From Octopus vulgaris (Eukaryota), in assembly GCA_951406725.2 (NCBI GenBank), contig OX597829.1:16182001-16246000 (forward strand): a DNA stretch of 64,000 nt. The letters are read 5' to 3'. The position numbers were made by a program, and so were the translations under genes. Below the pieces are notes generated by a model. That model ran no database searches. It was not told the DNA's origin and worked only from the letters and a program-made list of their open reading frames with translations. This document shows, piece after piece, positions 36,802-50,462 of the stretch; positions within the stretch are counted from its first letter, which is position 1; each line of letters begins with the position of its first letter.

Positions 36802-37332
36802 TATATATTCTTTCAGTCTCCTATGCTGAAACACTAAGTAACAGTGATGTAAACAAACCAACAGCGGTTGGCGAGCAGTGGTGGGAGTACAAACAAAACG
36901 ACCCACACAGACATATGTATAAATGTATATGATAGGTTTCTTTCAGTTTCTGTCAACCAAATCCCATTCACAAGGCTTTGATTGGCCCTGGGCTATATAG
37001 TAAAAACCACTTGCTTAAGATGCCAATCAGTGGGACTGAGCACAGAAACATATGGTTGGGAAGTAATCTTTTTATATATATATGTGTGTGTGTATGTGAG
37101 TGAGTGTAGGGGGAGTGTACCCCAGTTGACAAGCTGTGTTGGTTTATGTACCCATAACAGTTTGGCAAAAAGAGACAGTAGAATAAGCGCCAAACTTAAG
37201 ACAAAATATAAGTACAGGAATTGATTTGTTCAACTAAGCACTTCAAGGTAGCACTCCAGCATGGCCACAGTTCAATGACTGAAACAAGTAAAAGATAGAT
37301 ACAAACATACATACATATATATATATACATAT

Positions 37333-37388
<56 letters not shown>

Positions 37389-37608
37389 AGGAAAGAGTGA
37401 GGGAGGAAGAGGCAGAGAGAGAAAGGGAGAGAATGAGAAAAAATATATATGTTTATATATTTGCATGTATGCAGCATCAATATTTATAAATATATGCTGG
37501 TAGCTATATATATATATATATATATATATACAGGAATTTATGCATATAATTATGCTTGTGTATGTATATATATAGAAATTCATGCACATAATTATGCTTG
37601 TGTATCTC

Positions 37609-37651
<43 letters not shown>

Positions 37652-38092
37652 GAATATATATATACATATATATACATACACATACTTATATGTACATATA
37701 TATATATATATATACTTATGTGTACACAGACACACACACACAGATATATGTATAAATACATGCATACATATATCCATCTATTTCTCTCTTTATATGTCTG
37801 TGAGTGCGTATGTGTATAAACAATTGAAAACATAATTAACCAGACAATTGAATGAATGTGTGTGTGTGTGTGTGGCACATGTGCATATGTATGTGGAGGG
37901 AGAGAGAGAGAGAGGAGAGAAAAAGCAGAGAGAGAGAAACACAAGTCACTCTATTTGTAGAGGTGTTGGTAGGTCAAGGTTGCCTTATTGATTAGTTTGA
38001 CTAAATGCTGATTTTTATCCAAGCTATAAATAGCAACAGCTCTATCGTATATATATATATGTATGTGTGTGCACGAGTGTGTACACGTTTGT

Positions 38093-38132
<40 letters not shown>

Positions 38133-38263
38133 ACGTTTGTGTGTGTGTGTGTGTGTATGTGTGTACTCATATACATGCATATATCATGGTATGAGTTTGA
38201 ACTGCAACCAGTAGTGGGGCTGGAGTTCCAAGGCTTTGAAGAATGTGGAACAGCCTGTTTAGC

Positions 38264-38759
38264 CACTATTGTTCTCAGGTCTCCTCTGACCCGGAATAAT
38301 AGCACCTGTTAGGGTCCCAGCTCTCCCTCAAAATATATAAAAATATATATATACACAATCACAAACACGCATATATATATACACATATGTCTGCCTATGT
38401 GTGTGTATAGGTGCAGACATGGCTGTGTGGTAAGAAGCTTGCTTCCCAATCACATACTTCTGGGTTCAATCCTACTTCATGGCACCTTGGCCAAGTGTTC
38501 AAGTACAGCCTCAGAATGACCAAAGTCCTGTGAGTGGATTTGGTAGATTGAAACTGAACCCAGAAGTATGTGATTGGGAAGCAAGCTTCTTACCACACAG
38601 CCATGTCTGCACCTATACACACACATAGGCAGACATATGTGTATATATATATGCGTGTTTGTGATTGTGTATATATATATTTTTATATATTTTGAGGGAG
38701 AGCTGGGACCCTAACAGGTGCTATTATTCCGGGTCAGAAGAGACCTGAGAACAATAGTG
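38264..38759. repeat. near-perfect inverted duplication, 205-bp arms with an 86-bp spacer
   Basis: 38264-38468 is the reverse complement of 38555-38759 at 204 of 205 positions (C38284 opposite A38739), checked base by base. Confidence 0.97.
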
Positions 38760-39066
38760 TATGTATGTATGTGTGTATGTATGTTTGTGTGTATGTATGT
38801 TTTTATCCATGTGTGTGTCTTTGTGTCTGTGTTTACCCCTGACCACCACTTGACAGCTGATGTTCGTATTTTTTACATTCCTGTAACATAGCAGTTCAGC
38901 AAAAGAGAACTGACAGACTAAGTACTCGGCTTAAACAAAAAATAAAATAAATCCTGGGTTTGATTTGCTCCACTAAAAACCCTTCAAGGCAGGGATGCAG
39001 CATGACTGCAGTCAAATGACCGAAACAAGAAGATGTATATATATATATGTATATATATTATATACA

Positions 39067-39473
39067 TAGGCATAGGAGTGGCTGTGTGGTAAGTAGCTTG
39101 CTTACAAACCACATGGTTCCAGGTTCAGTCCCACTGCATGGCACCTTGAGCAAGTGTCTTCTACTATAGCCTCGGGCCAACCAAAGCTTTGTGAGTGGAT
39201 TTGGTAGGCAGAAACTGAAAGAACCTCGTCGTATATATGTATACATGTATGTGTATGTATATGTTTGTGTGTCTGTGTTTGTCCCCCTCAACATCGCTTG
39301 ACAACCACTGCTGGTGTGTTTACGTCCCCGTAACTTAGCGGTTCGGCAAAAGAGACCGATAGAATAAGTACAAGGCTTACAAAGAATAAGTCCTGGGGTC
39401 GATTTGCTCGACTAAAGGCGGTGCTCCAGCATGGCCACAGTCAAATGACTGAAACAAGCAAAAGAGTAAAAGT
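39067..39473 (+). mobile_element. SINE family A, full length, low divergence
   Basis: Retains many CpGs, with complete head and tail. Confidence 0.92.
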
Positions 39474-39944
39474 GTATATTATATATACATGTCACAAACC
39501 AAAGCTCCACAACAGGATGTACTTTTGAGGAGTGTGGAATCATCTCTTACTATTGTTGCAAGTCTACTTTGACCTGGCATTGTTGCACCTGTGGGTTGAC
39601 TAGCAAAGGTGATGACATTCCATTTCAGCATGGGAATACAGAAATACCTTTTGTTGGTATCCGGCATGCAGTAAAACCACTGAGAGTGAGGGGAGCCCTA
39701 ACTGTTGTCATGGCTTTCTTCTAACATAAGAACAACTCTGATGTAAAACCTGTTCTTTCTTGTGATTACTAGTAATCTCACCTTAGCTTGTAACTAGGTA
39801 CTAATCACAAGAGACTCAGAGATTGGGACTCATGTTGTACAAGCGTTTATCACTATAATCCAATGATATACAGATTTCTCTTTCTGGTTTCCTTCATTTG
39901 TCCTCCCATTAACTGAAAGTCCTTCGGCGATGTATGCAGATGAT

Positions 39945-40256
39945 GTCACCGTCACCGTGGCCAACCAGGCTATCAGATGTTGCTACACATCGCTGATTAC
40001 AATGCGCTTCACATTGTTTTAGCCTTCAAATGACGCCACCCCACTGGCTAAGCGAGTAGGCCAACAGAAGAAAGAGTGAGAGAAAGTTGTGGCGAAAGAG
40101 TACAGCAGGGATCGCCACCACTCCCTGCCGGAGCCGCATGGAGCTTTTAGGTGTTTTCGCTCAATAAACACTCACAACGCCCAGTTTGGGAATTGAAACT
40201 GCGATCCTACGTCCGCGAGTCCACTGCCCTAACCACTGGGCCATTGTGCCTCCACA
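39945..40256 (-). mobile_element. SINE family C, full length
   Basis: Reverse complement of 25638-25950. Short flanking repeat ATGCAGA. Confidence 0.9.
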
Positions 40257-41261
40257 TGCAGACCAAACTAGTTGCAAGTGCACAATGAGTTGCAACTTGT
40301 GTCAGTCATTTATGCTTTAAACCATGCAGATCTGCAATGGAGACAGAGTAGTCACCTGAGATGTCATGGATGGAAAGTCAGAAATGCTATAGGCAATGAG
40401 GAAGCCCAAGTAGATGATGATCATCTGTAAAGATGCAGCAATTATCCTATATGTGCATGTGTGTGTGTGCATACATATGCGTGTGTGTGTGTGTGTGTCC
40501 ACTCTCTATATCCCCTTTATAAGGATACCTATTTCTTTACTACCCACAAGGGTAGTGGTGGTGATGATGATGATGATGATGATGATCTTTAGCTTTTACT
40601 TGTTTCAGTCACTTGACTGCAGCCTGGGACACTGCCTTGAAGGTTTTTTTTTTTTATTCCATCTGCCAAATCTACTCCACAAGGCTTCGATCAGCCCAGG
40701 GCGTTCTTTAGTAGAAAGTCACTTGGCCAAGGTGCCATGTAGTGGGACTGAACCCAGAACCATATAGTCACAGCCACACCTAATTGTTTTTTTACAGTAT
40801 TATCTCTTTCCAAAAATAATATACAGCAATACACACCCAGCCTGTTCCACATAGACAGAAATATTTCCTGATGAAAAATCATGAGTGTACATGTGTGTAT
40901 GAGTGTCTGTTGTGTTTTTGTATGTAGGAAAATGTACGTTCATTAATGCTGTCTGAAATTGTCTGATTATACTTTTATCGACTAACAATGAAGGCAAATT
41001 TGATGTGTAATTTTTATTGCATCTCAATTGCCATAATGCTAAATTAACCAATCAGCTGCCAATCACAGCAAATGTAAGTTTAGCTACATACTCACTGATA
41101 GAGGCATGGTTAGGTCTGCCAATTGCTGGAAAGCATTTTTTTTTAGGGCAGGGCAACTTGGGTAAGTGTCTTTTACTATAACACATGGCCAACTAAAAAC
41201 CTTGTGAGGGGGTTTGGTAGACAGAAATTAAGAGAAACCCATCATAAGTATATATATATAT

Positions 41262-41463
41262 ATAGATAGGGAGAGTTTACGAAAAAGACAAAAGACGAAG
41301 ACCGGTGGTGTACAAAACAAACAGATGTATTAGTATAACGCTCAGGAATAGAAAAAGTTTTTTAGGTTTCGAGCCTAAACTCTTCTACAGGAAGGGACAC
41401 AGAAAAAACAAGGAGAGAAACAAGGAGAGAAGAAAATGTGTGTAGTGGCTAATGATCTATCAT
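41262..41463 (-). mobile_element. family G Penelope-type repeat in a (TA)n tract
   Basis: Minus strand CTGTAGA A GAGT ttag GCTC GAAA cc TA at 41360-41395. Confidence 0.7.
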
Positions 41464-41874
41464 ATATATATATATATATATATATTTTTATTTCTTATTT
41501 GTTTCAATCATTGGACTGTGGCCATGCTGGAGCACTGTCTTGAAGGTTTTCATCGAATAAATCAACTACAATACTTTCTTTTTTTAAGTCTGGTATTTAT
41601 TCTATGTTGAACCATTAAGTTATAGGAGCATAAATACACCAACACCAGTTTTCAATCTGTGGTGGGGGTCAAACACACACATGCACACACACACACACAC
41701 ACACACACACAATGGGCTTTTTATCAGTATCTGTCTCCTAAATTTACTCTCAAGGCTTTGGTCTGCCCAGGCTTTTAGTAGAAGACACTTGCTGAAGGTA
41801 CTACACAGTAGGACTGAACCTGGAATTATTATTAGGCAGCATACTTCTTATTGCATAGCCACGTCCTCACCAAC

Positions 41875-41923
<49 letters not shown>

Positions 41924-42612
41924 ATATAAATAATTTGTATTCTTATATGTATTGAATTATAAAATATATATGTATGCTATTGAGGTTCTCATTTTGTTAA
42001 ATGAATAAATAATCTTACATTATAATATCCGAAAGTTGATGAACAAACTAAATTTGTTTCTCCATTTTCTTATTTGTATTATAAATTTATGGTAAAAATA
42101 TTTCTTTACTTTCACCCGTTTAATACAATAAATGAGTTAATTGCATTGCAATTAAAAACATTTATGTATTAAGAATCCCATAGTGGGTTACATCCATAAC
42201 CTCTATCTTATGAAAAATGAATTTTGGAAAAGCTGTTTCAGGGTCACCACTTATTGCAGTGATTCCACCACACTGCATGTATTATGCTTGCTTTGTCCCT
42301 CTTTCCACAACCCCTACAGACTTTCGAACCATGTCACATCCCTCTTTTGTTCAAACCAACTGTATTATTTTTCACTAATCTAGTTGTTCTTCCCCCCACC
42401 AACCCCCACCATTCTGCATTCCTCCTCATGGTTCTTGTGTCTTCCACCCTTCAACCCAACCCATCTTGACAGTGCCTCCTCACCCTCCATTCTTGCAAAC
42501 TACCCACCCAGTAATTTCTCCTCAGTTTGTACCTTGTGGGGGCTGCCTAAGCACCTCATTGCCAGTATCTATCTCTTGCAGCCTCTACTATTCTTCCCCT
42601 CTTTCTCTATGT

Positions 42613-42669
<57 letters not shown>

Positions 42670-42716
42670 TTGGAAAATACCTTAGGAATGAGAACCCAGG
42701 TTTGAAATTTCTCCAA

Positions 42717-42762
42717 GACACTTGATGAAGGCTGGAGGATATATTAGTCGAAACGTTGTGTT
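42717..42762 (+). ncRNA. minimal hammerhead-like motif (TTGATGA core) in an (AAT)n-adjacent repeat
   Basis: GACAC [TTGATGA] A GGCTG gaggatatat TAGTC [GAAA] cg T T GTGTT. Confidence 0.6.
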
Positions 42763-43358
42763 AACAACAAACAAGATGAGGACAAATATGTCAAATGTAA
42801 ATAAAGTAAATAATGTAAGTGTGGCTAGCTATGCAGATCCCCCAACTAGAACCTGCTCTGTCAACCCCATCCTGCCATAAGTAATCCCCTCATCCCATAG
42901 CATGAAGCTGACACTCCCAGCCTCCCTCAGAGCTTGTAGTCCTGCAATTTGCATGGTGACCTCAATTGTGCCATAGAAACCATACCAAAACAGACAGAAG
43001 AGCTTGGCCCAGTCCTAGAACATATCAAACCAATCAACCAATGCCTGCATGAAACATGAATGCTAAATGGTCATCACACATGCTGTTGGCAATTTCTTTT
43101 CCCTTTCTCTTTTCCAAGGAAGAGCTATGCTCAAAATGTCAAAAACTGAACATCAAACTAATACATTCCTTTGACTATCATCATCATCATCATCATCATC
43201 GTTTAACATCCGCTTTCCATGCTAGCATGGGTTGGACAGTTCAACTGGGGTCTGGCAAGCCCGAAGGCTGCACCAGGCCAGTCAGATCTGGCAGTGTTTC
43301 TACAGCTGGATGCCCTTCCTAACGCCAATATATATATATATATATATATATATAGAAA

Positions 43359-43757
43359 AAGGCGGCGAGATGGCAGAATCGTTAGCACGCCGAGCGAAAT
43401 GCTTAGCCGCATTTTGTCTGCCGTTACGTTCTGGGTTCAAATTTTGCCGAGGTCGACTTTGCCTTTCATCCTTTCGGGGTCAATAAATTAAGTACCAGTT
43501 ACACACTGGGGTCGATGTAATCGACTAAACCCCTTTGTCTGTCCTTGTTTGTCCCTTCTGTGTTTATCCCCTTGTGGGTAGTAAAGAAATAAGTATTTCG
43601 CCTGCTGTTACGTTCTGAGTTCAAATTCCGCAGAAGTTGACACTACCTGTCATCCTTTTGGGGTCGATTAAATAAGTACCAGTTATGCACTGGGGTCGAT
43701 GTAATCAACGTAATCCGCTTGTCTGTTCTTGTTTAGCCCCCTATGGGCAATAAAGAA
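43359..43757 (+). mobile_element. SINE B head-to-tail dimer (full copy plus 5'-truncated copy)
   Basis: 43359-43592 is complete and 43593-43757 restarts at GTATTTCG. Confidence 0.85.
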
Positions 43758-46071
43758 AAAAAAAAAGGAAAAAAAATAATGCTTCATACAGTGGATATAT
43801 AGTCAAGTATGTGGAAGCAACCATCATGAGTATATAAACATCACTATCTTCATTGCATTGAGAAGAAGGAACTAAGGTGTAGAAATATAAACACCCAATA
43901 GAGACACCTGAAAGATCACAAACTCATAACTAAAGGAGATTAAACTAGCACACTGTCAGGTTTACAATATAACAGGTTTGACCATAAAGCTGTTTCTTCT
44001 CTTGTCAAACAGTCTTTCCTGTTTGCTTCAAGACGCACAGCTTATAATATCCAATGAATAACAATGGTAAATACTTAAAAAAGTCTTTTTCTATACATTC
44101 AACAAACATGAAATCGCTGAATGGGAGAGTAAAATAACCCAAAACTATTTACTTTACAGTTAAATAGTATTTCTGAATTTTGATAAGCTTTACTCAATAT
44201 TTGCATTACTGCACTAGTTTTAGTACTGAGAACTTTGTAAACATTATTGCTTGTTTGTATATCTGTAAAATATTATTATTGCCTGTGCCTTATATATATA
44301 CACACACAACAGGCTTCTTTCAGTTTCCGTCTACCAAATCCACTCACAAAGCTTTGGTTGGCCTAAGGCTATAGTAGAAAACATTTGCCCAAGGTGACAC
44401 ACAGTGGGACTGAACCCGGAACCATGTGGTTGGGAAGCAAGCTACTTACCACACAGCCATGCATGTGCCTTATAGCCACGCCTGCACCTACAGCCACACC
44501 AACACCTATAGCCACGCCTGTGCCCATATATATATATATTACCCCGTGCTGGTGGCACGTAAAAGCACCCACTACACTCTCGGAGTGGTTGGCGTTAGGA
44601 AGGGCATCCAGCTGTAGAAACCTTGCCAGATCAGATTGGAGCCTGGTGCAGCCATCTGGCTCGCCAGCCCTCAGTCAAAATTGTCCAACCCATGCCAGCA
44701 TGGAAAGCGGACGTTAAACGATGATGATGATGATGATGATGCATGTATGTATGTATGTTTGTATGTATGCGTATGTGTGTGTATATAACCTTAGTCAGCA
44801 TGCGGTTTTGCAGTAGTCTCATTGTAGCCCTTTCCCCACCTTTACCTTACTGTCTAAAACTGGTTTGTTTTTTATCATACAAATTGTTTCATTTTAAACT
44901 GCCCATGATTAAAAATGAAACCTGCCATAATTATAATTTTATGCAAGAACTTTTTCTTAAGACATGTTCCAAACAACAACATTTGTTGATAATGACAAAG
45001 TTCATTATTTTATGAAATAGTTTCTAAATTAATGATTAATTTCAAAATCAATTGAAAGAGACAAGCATTGAATTTCATTTGAAATTTAGTCACGAAAGGG
45101 TTAAACTTTTAGAGTTTTATTAATAATTCAAAAAATATGTGATGAATAAAAGAACCTGAATAGGAGAACTTTAACACCGTAAAATAAAACAAAATAATTA
45201 TTAGTGACAGAAGAAATGTTAATATGAAAAGACAATCTTCGTATCCAACTTAATGTGGATGTTGTGTTAGAATACACGATAATGCGTTATTTACCTTGGG
45301 AGGACCTCTCTTATGGATGCATGTTGCATAAAACCAACACATTTATATTGTTGACGGACATGACTCATCACTTACAAGCACTAGGAGTGCCAGGTCATGT
45401 GATTTCAATGTTATGCATAACAACAGATGGAGAAGTATTAGAACCAATATGCAATATCAGTATCCAACTTAATGTGGCTGTTTTGTTTGTGCGCTGATAC
45501 TACAGCCCATAGCAAACAGTCTTCTTGTTTTACCCTTTTATTTGTTTCAGTCATTTGACAGTGCCCACACTGAGCCACTACCTTGAAGGCTTTTCACTTG
45601 AACAAATTGACCTCAGGACCTTTTTTTTTTCAAAGCCTAGTACTTATTCTATCAGTTTCTTTTGTCAAACTGCTAAGTTACAGGGACATAAACACACCAA
45701 CACTGGTTGTCAAGCGGTGGGTGGAACAAAAACAGACACAAACACACACACAATATGTACAATGAACTTTTTTTAGTTTCCATCAACCAAATTCACTCAC
45801 AACATGGGGCTAAACATAGAGGGGACAAACAAGGACAGACAAAGAGATTAAGTCGATTACATCAACCCCAATGCAAAACTGGTACTTGTTTAATCAACCC
45901 CGAAAGGATGAAAGGCAAAGTTGACCTCAGTGGAATTTGAACTCAGAACATAACGACAGACAAAATACTGCTAAGCATTTCACTCAGTATGCTAACGATT
46001 CTGCCAACTTGCCATTCTATAGATAGATATATATATATACATAGTCAATTCAAGTAAACAATTAATTCAGA

Positions 46072-46282
46072 CAACACAGACACAGCACAAAGCTTTGTCA
46101 GTAAACAGCTCGCGGTCTCAAAGCGACGAAAATATTTTGACAAATTAAATTTAAATGTTGAAATGAATCTAACGGATTTATGTGTTTCTTAAATGGCTTA
46201 TAAACACCTTCCATGCTGCAATTGTTTTCATTCCAGCACACGATCTCAGATCAAGTCACTCACTATGCAAGTACATCTCCAT
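46072..46282 (+). mobile_element. short insertion with 12-bp TSD carrying a hammerhead-like fold
   Basis: AATTAATTCAGA at 46060-46071 and 46283-46294. Confidence 0.65.
46094..46144 (+). ncRNA. minimal hammerhead-like motif, G3-C8 core variant (G5 is A in this copy)
   Basis: TTTGTCA [GTAAACA] G c TCGC ggtctcaaa GCGA C [GAAA] atat T T TGACAAA. Perfect 7-bp stem I and palindromic AATATT stem III. Confidence 0.55.
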
Positions 46283-46475
46283 AATTAATTCAGATAAACA
46301 AGTAAAAATTAATGAAGATGAGGACATACACAAGAAATATATTAGCATGATGCATGGTGAAAAGAGAGAGTTTGATGTTTCAAGCATAACCCTTCATTGG
46401 AAAGGAGAAAAGGAAAAGTCCAAAGAAGGAAAAGAAATCACCAACAGCACATGTGTAGTTACATTGCTCTGTGTA

Positions 46476-46519
<44 letters not shown>

Positions 46520-47296
46520 AGGTATGTATATACACAGTTGGGTTCTTCCAGTATCCATCTACCAAAACCACTTAGAAGACACTGGTCAGCATGGGGCAAT
46601 GGTTGATGCAAAGAGTGGGATTGAATCCAGAACTATCTGTTGGAAAACAAAACTTCTTTTCACACAGCCATGCCTCCACTTACTTCTACACTTCTTCAAA
46701 ACAAGATCCATTTCCAAATGAAAAAAGCAAAAAAAAAAAAACCTCACACACAACAATTTCTGGATCGGTACCGATCAATACTGATAGTAAGAAATAAAGG
46801 AAACTGGTTTTTTGGATCCGTGACAAACCATGGAAAATAGATAAAGTCAGAATCAATCCAAAGTTGGAGCACTGACAGCCAATGAACAAGCATAGATTTA
46901 AAAGAAGGGCATTATATATAATACACACACACACACGTGTGTGTGTGAGTGTGTGTATGTATATGACCTCCCACATGATTGAATGACCAATCCCAACCAG
47001 TCAGGATTCACAGTAAATGTTGTACTTTCCTTCTGTTTAATTACTGAATATAAAACATAGTTAATGAGAGCTCTCTTGGGTGATTTTTTCTGAGCCGCCA
47101 TCCCATCATTGTATACCAATCCATCACGAGGTTACCTATTTACAGTGGATTGGACTGGAGTTATGTGATATGAAGTGCCTTGCCCAAGAACACAATGCAC
47201 AATGGAAATGAAATCAAAAGCACAATCTTGTGATTGTCAGCGCAACACACTAACCACTAGGCCATATTGCCTTCGAGTGTATGTGTGTGTGTGTGT

Positions 47297-47504
47297 TCTC
47301 TTTTACTTGTTTCAGTCATTTGACTGCGGCCATGCTGGAGCACCGCCTTTAGTCAAGCAAATCGACCCCAGAACTTATTCTTTGGAAGCCTAGTACTTAT
47401 TCCATCGGCCTCTTTTTCCTGAACCGCTAAGTTACAGGGGTGTAAACACACCAGCATCAGTTGTCAAGCAATGTTGGAGGACAAACACAGACACACAAAC
47501 ATAT

Positions 47505-47559
<55 letters not shown>

Positions 47560-47700
47560 TACGACAGGCTTCTTTCAGTTTCTGTCTACCAAATCCACTT
47601 ACAAGACTTCGGTCAGCCCGAGGGTATAGCAGAAGACACTTGCCCAAGGTGCCACACAGTGGGAATGAACCCGGAACCATGTGGTTGGTAAGAAAGCTAC
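47297..47700 (-). mobile_element. SINE family A, lacking the first ~20 nt
   Basis: Homology to the other copies. Confidence 0.88.
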
Positions 47701-48465
47701 ATACATTTCACTTAGGCATTGCAAGTCTAATAACCTGGTGTAGAACTCAACATACAAATGCTTCAGAACAAATAGTTGAGTGCAGAGCGGCAATGAGAAA
47801 ATGGAACAAAAAAGGAATAAATGATTATTTTACATTTATTCCTTACAGTTGTTTCTGCTATAAGAGGCAGTGCACTCATCTTAGAGCTTCATTGGAGCTT
47901 TGAATATGAAGCTACAATGTCCACAGCCTCATATATCAGAAACAGGTGTAAGCTAAAGATGTTCATATGATAATCATTGATAGAGAGAGGGAGGAGGGAG
48001 AGAGATGGATGGATAGATAGATAGATAGATATCCAAGATTATAAGAAATGGAAAAGGTAAATAAGACTACAAATGTTTCATAGCTAAAACAATGATTAAA
48101 ACATTTACTCATTTTCATGTGACAATATAAACAATCTGATGGTAATAACACCCAAAGATTAACTGAGCAGGTTTTATGCATTAGAAGTTATGCAACAAAC
48201 ATTATTTTCCCTATGAAATATTTGTAATCTTTATTTATCTTTTGCATTCCATTGCATTCTCAGATTTTTATTCGGGGGTATCTTTAGTTGTTAAGCCTTG
48301 AGTTGTATGGTGACAGTCCGCTTATCAAAATTTCCTTTGATTTCAATATGGGACGAAGGGTGTAATTTATGATGGTATATAAAAAATAAACCCTTTTTAT
48401 AAAAGCAGAAGACATTGTATGTTGTCCTCTATACCAGCTGTAAACATGCCTGAGTTTATATAAGA

Positions 48466-48867
48466 CTAGCAGCTAAGCCCGGTTTCACCCGGTCTGTTTG
48501 GATGATGTGGCTGTAATCATTTTCGGTTAGGCATAATCTATAACAGCGTTTGTCAACCTTATCATTTCGGGTCTCCTGTTTTGATTGAAGCCTCCAGCTA
48601 TATGAAAATTTCTTGACCCCAGCCCGTCAGAAAACAGCTTCTAAGCAACTGGTTGTTTTAATGGCAGAAGAAAGAGGGAAATTCCATCAGGAAAAGTTTT
48701 AACTGATTTTCTCGGGGTTAGGAAAAAAAACTACAAACTGCATTCCAATGTATGCACCTGTTTCCACATGTGTGCCATTTTTCATGTGAATCGACCCAGC
48801 CGTTTGGCTGTGAACCTCAAGACAAGAAAGAATACAACGATCACCCATGTCCAATTTATATCATAGA
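48466..48867 (-). mobile_element. non-autonomous Helitron, second family (H2)
   Basis: Minus strand A|TCTATGATATAAA...ACCGGGTGAAACCGGGCTTAGCTGCTAG|T. The empty site TATATAAGA|TGAATTTCTTTCAG matches SINE A. Confidence 0.75.
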
Positions 48868-49065
48868 TGAATTTCTTTCAGTTTCCATCCATCAAATCCA
48901 CTTGCAAGGCTTTCATTGGCCCAGGGCTATAGTAGAAGATGCTTGCCCAAGATGGCATGCAGTGGGACTGAACCCAGAACCAAGTGGTTGGGAAGCAAGT
49001 TTCTTACTACACAGCCACGCCTGCACCTACGTTCAAATCTTTCTCTCTCCCTATCCTCCCACTCA

Positions 49066-49122
<57 letters not shown>

Positions 49123-50379
49123 TCTCTCTTGTAAATGCTTTTTGAACAATCTTTAATGCAATGCTTCTGCTATCATTAATTTAACGTCTAAGTTATATTT
49201 TACTGGAAAATATCCAAACCAAATGACTTTGGTCAATCCCAGCAGTTCTAAGAAACAATTTCATTGATTTTTATAAGAATTTAATCTTCGCAAATCTTTT
49301 TATTTCATCTCTGAGATGGAATTTCCATGGAAGATAATTCTTTAAATAAGAATGGTCAAAATAATGTATAAAGAAATTATTAATATTATTGTTTCTGAAC
49401 GAAAGTGCTTTTAGAATATGAAAAGAGGAAGACCAAGGAAGGTTGTTTTTTTCCCCTTCTTTTCATAATTTTATCGCATAAAATGAGGGAAAAATGATCT
49501 TTAGATGTTGAACCTCACAGAGGAGATGACAAAAGACTGTAATGATTAATGATTGATGATTTGCTGTGCTTGAGAAGACTCATCCAGTCATCTTGTTTAT
49601 GTCTATGGCCCCTGCATGCCATCTGTCCCTGGTAAACCTCTTCCCCACAACAACCTCCCTCACACCTCCACCTGGATTTGCCACTCGCTATATTTCTCTC
49701 CCTTCACAAACCTATCTGCACACAACATGCCCCTGTTGAATCTCTTAACCCTTACATAACATATCCTTCTTTCTCACACCCTCTGCCTCTATTTACATCC
49801 ATTCACTACATGCCTCTCCTCTCCATCTCCCACTCTCCTTTCACAACCTTGTGAACTCACCCTATCCAAACCCTGGTTCAATTTCACTTATATACACCTC
49901 CTTGTAACTTGAGTGTATGTCCCAGCACACCTCTGCCATTTCATCTTTCCTCCCTCCCTCCCTCCCTCTCTCTCTCTCTCTTACCATTCAACCCTTTCCC
50001 CAACTGGGACAGTCAAGTATTTCCTCTACTGCTAAACACTTATTTCAGTCCCTTTACTCATACTCTAACTTTCCCTACCTGGCTCAAAGTTACCTCTCTC
50101 GATACTATTCACCCCACTCAGTCGAGATATCTTGTCTTGCAAGTTACTTAGCAACCTTTGCTGATGATGGTGCCTAGTGAAAAAAGTACCCCCAACGTTC
50201 TGGGAAGTGGTTGGCTTAAGAAAGGGCATCTGACTGTAGAAACCATGCCAAAGTAGACAAGGGGAACTTAACACAGTCTTCTAACTTGCCAGCACCCCTC
50301 AAACAGTCCAACCCATGCCAGCATGGAAAATGGACATTCAATAATGATGATAATGATGATACATTTATATACACATATA

Positions 50380-50462
<83 letters not shown>

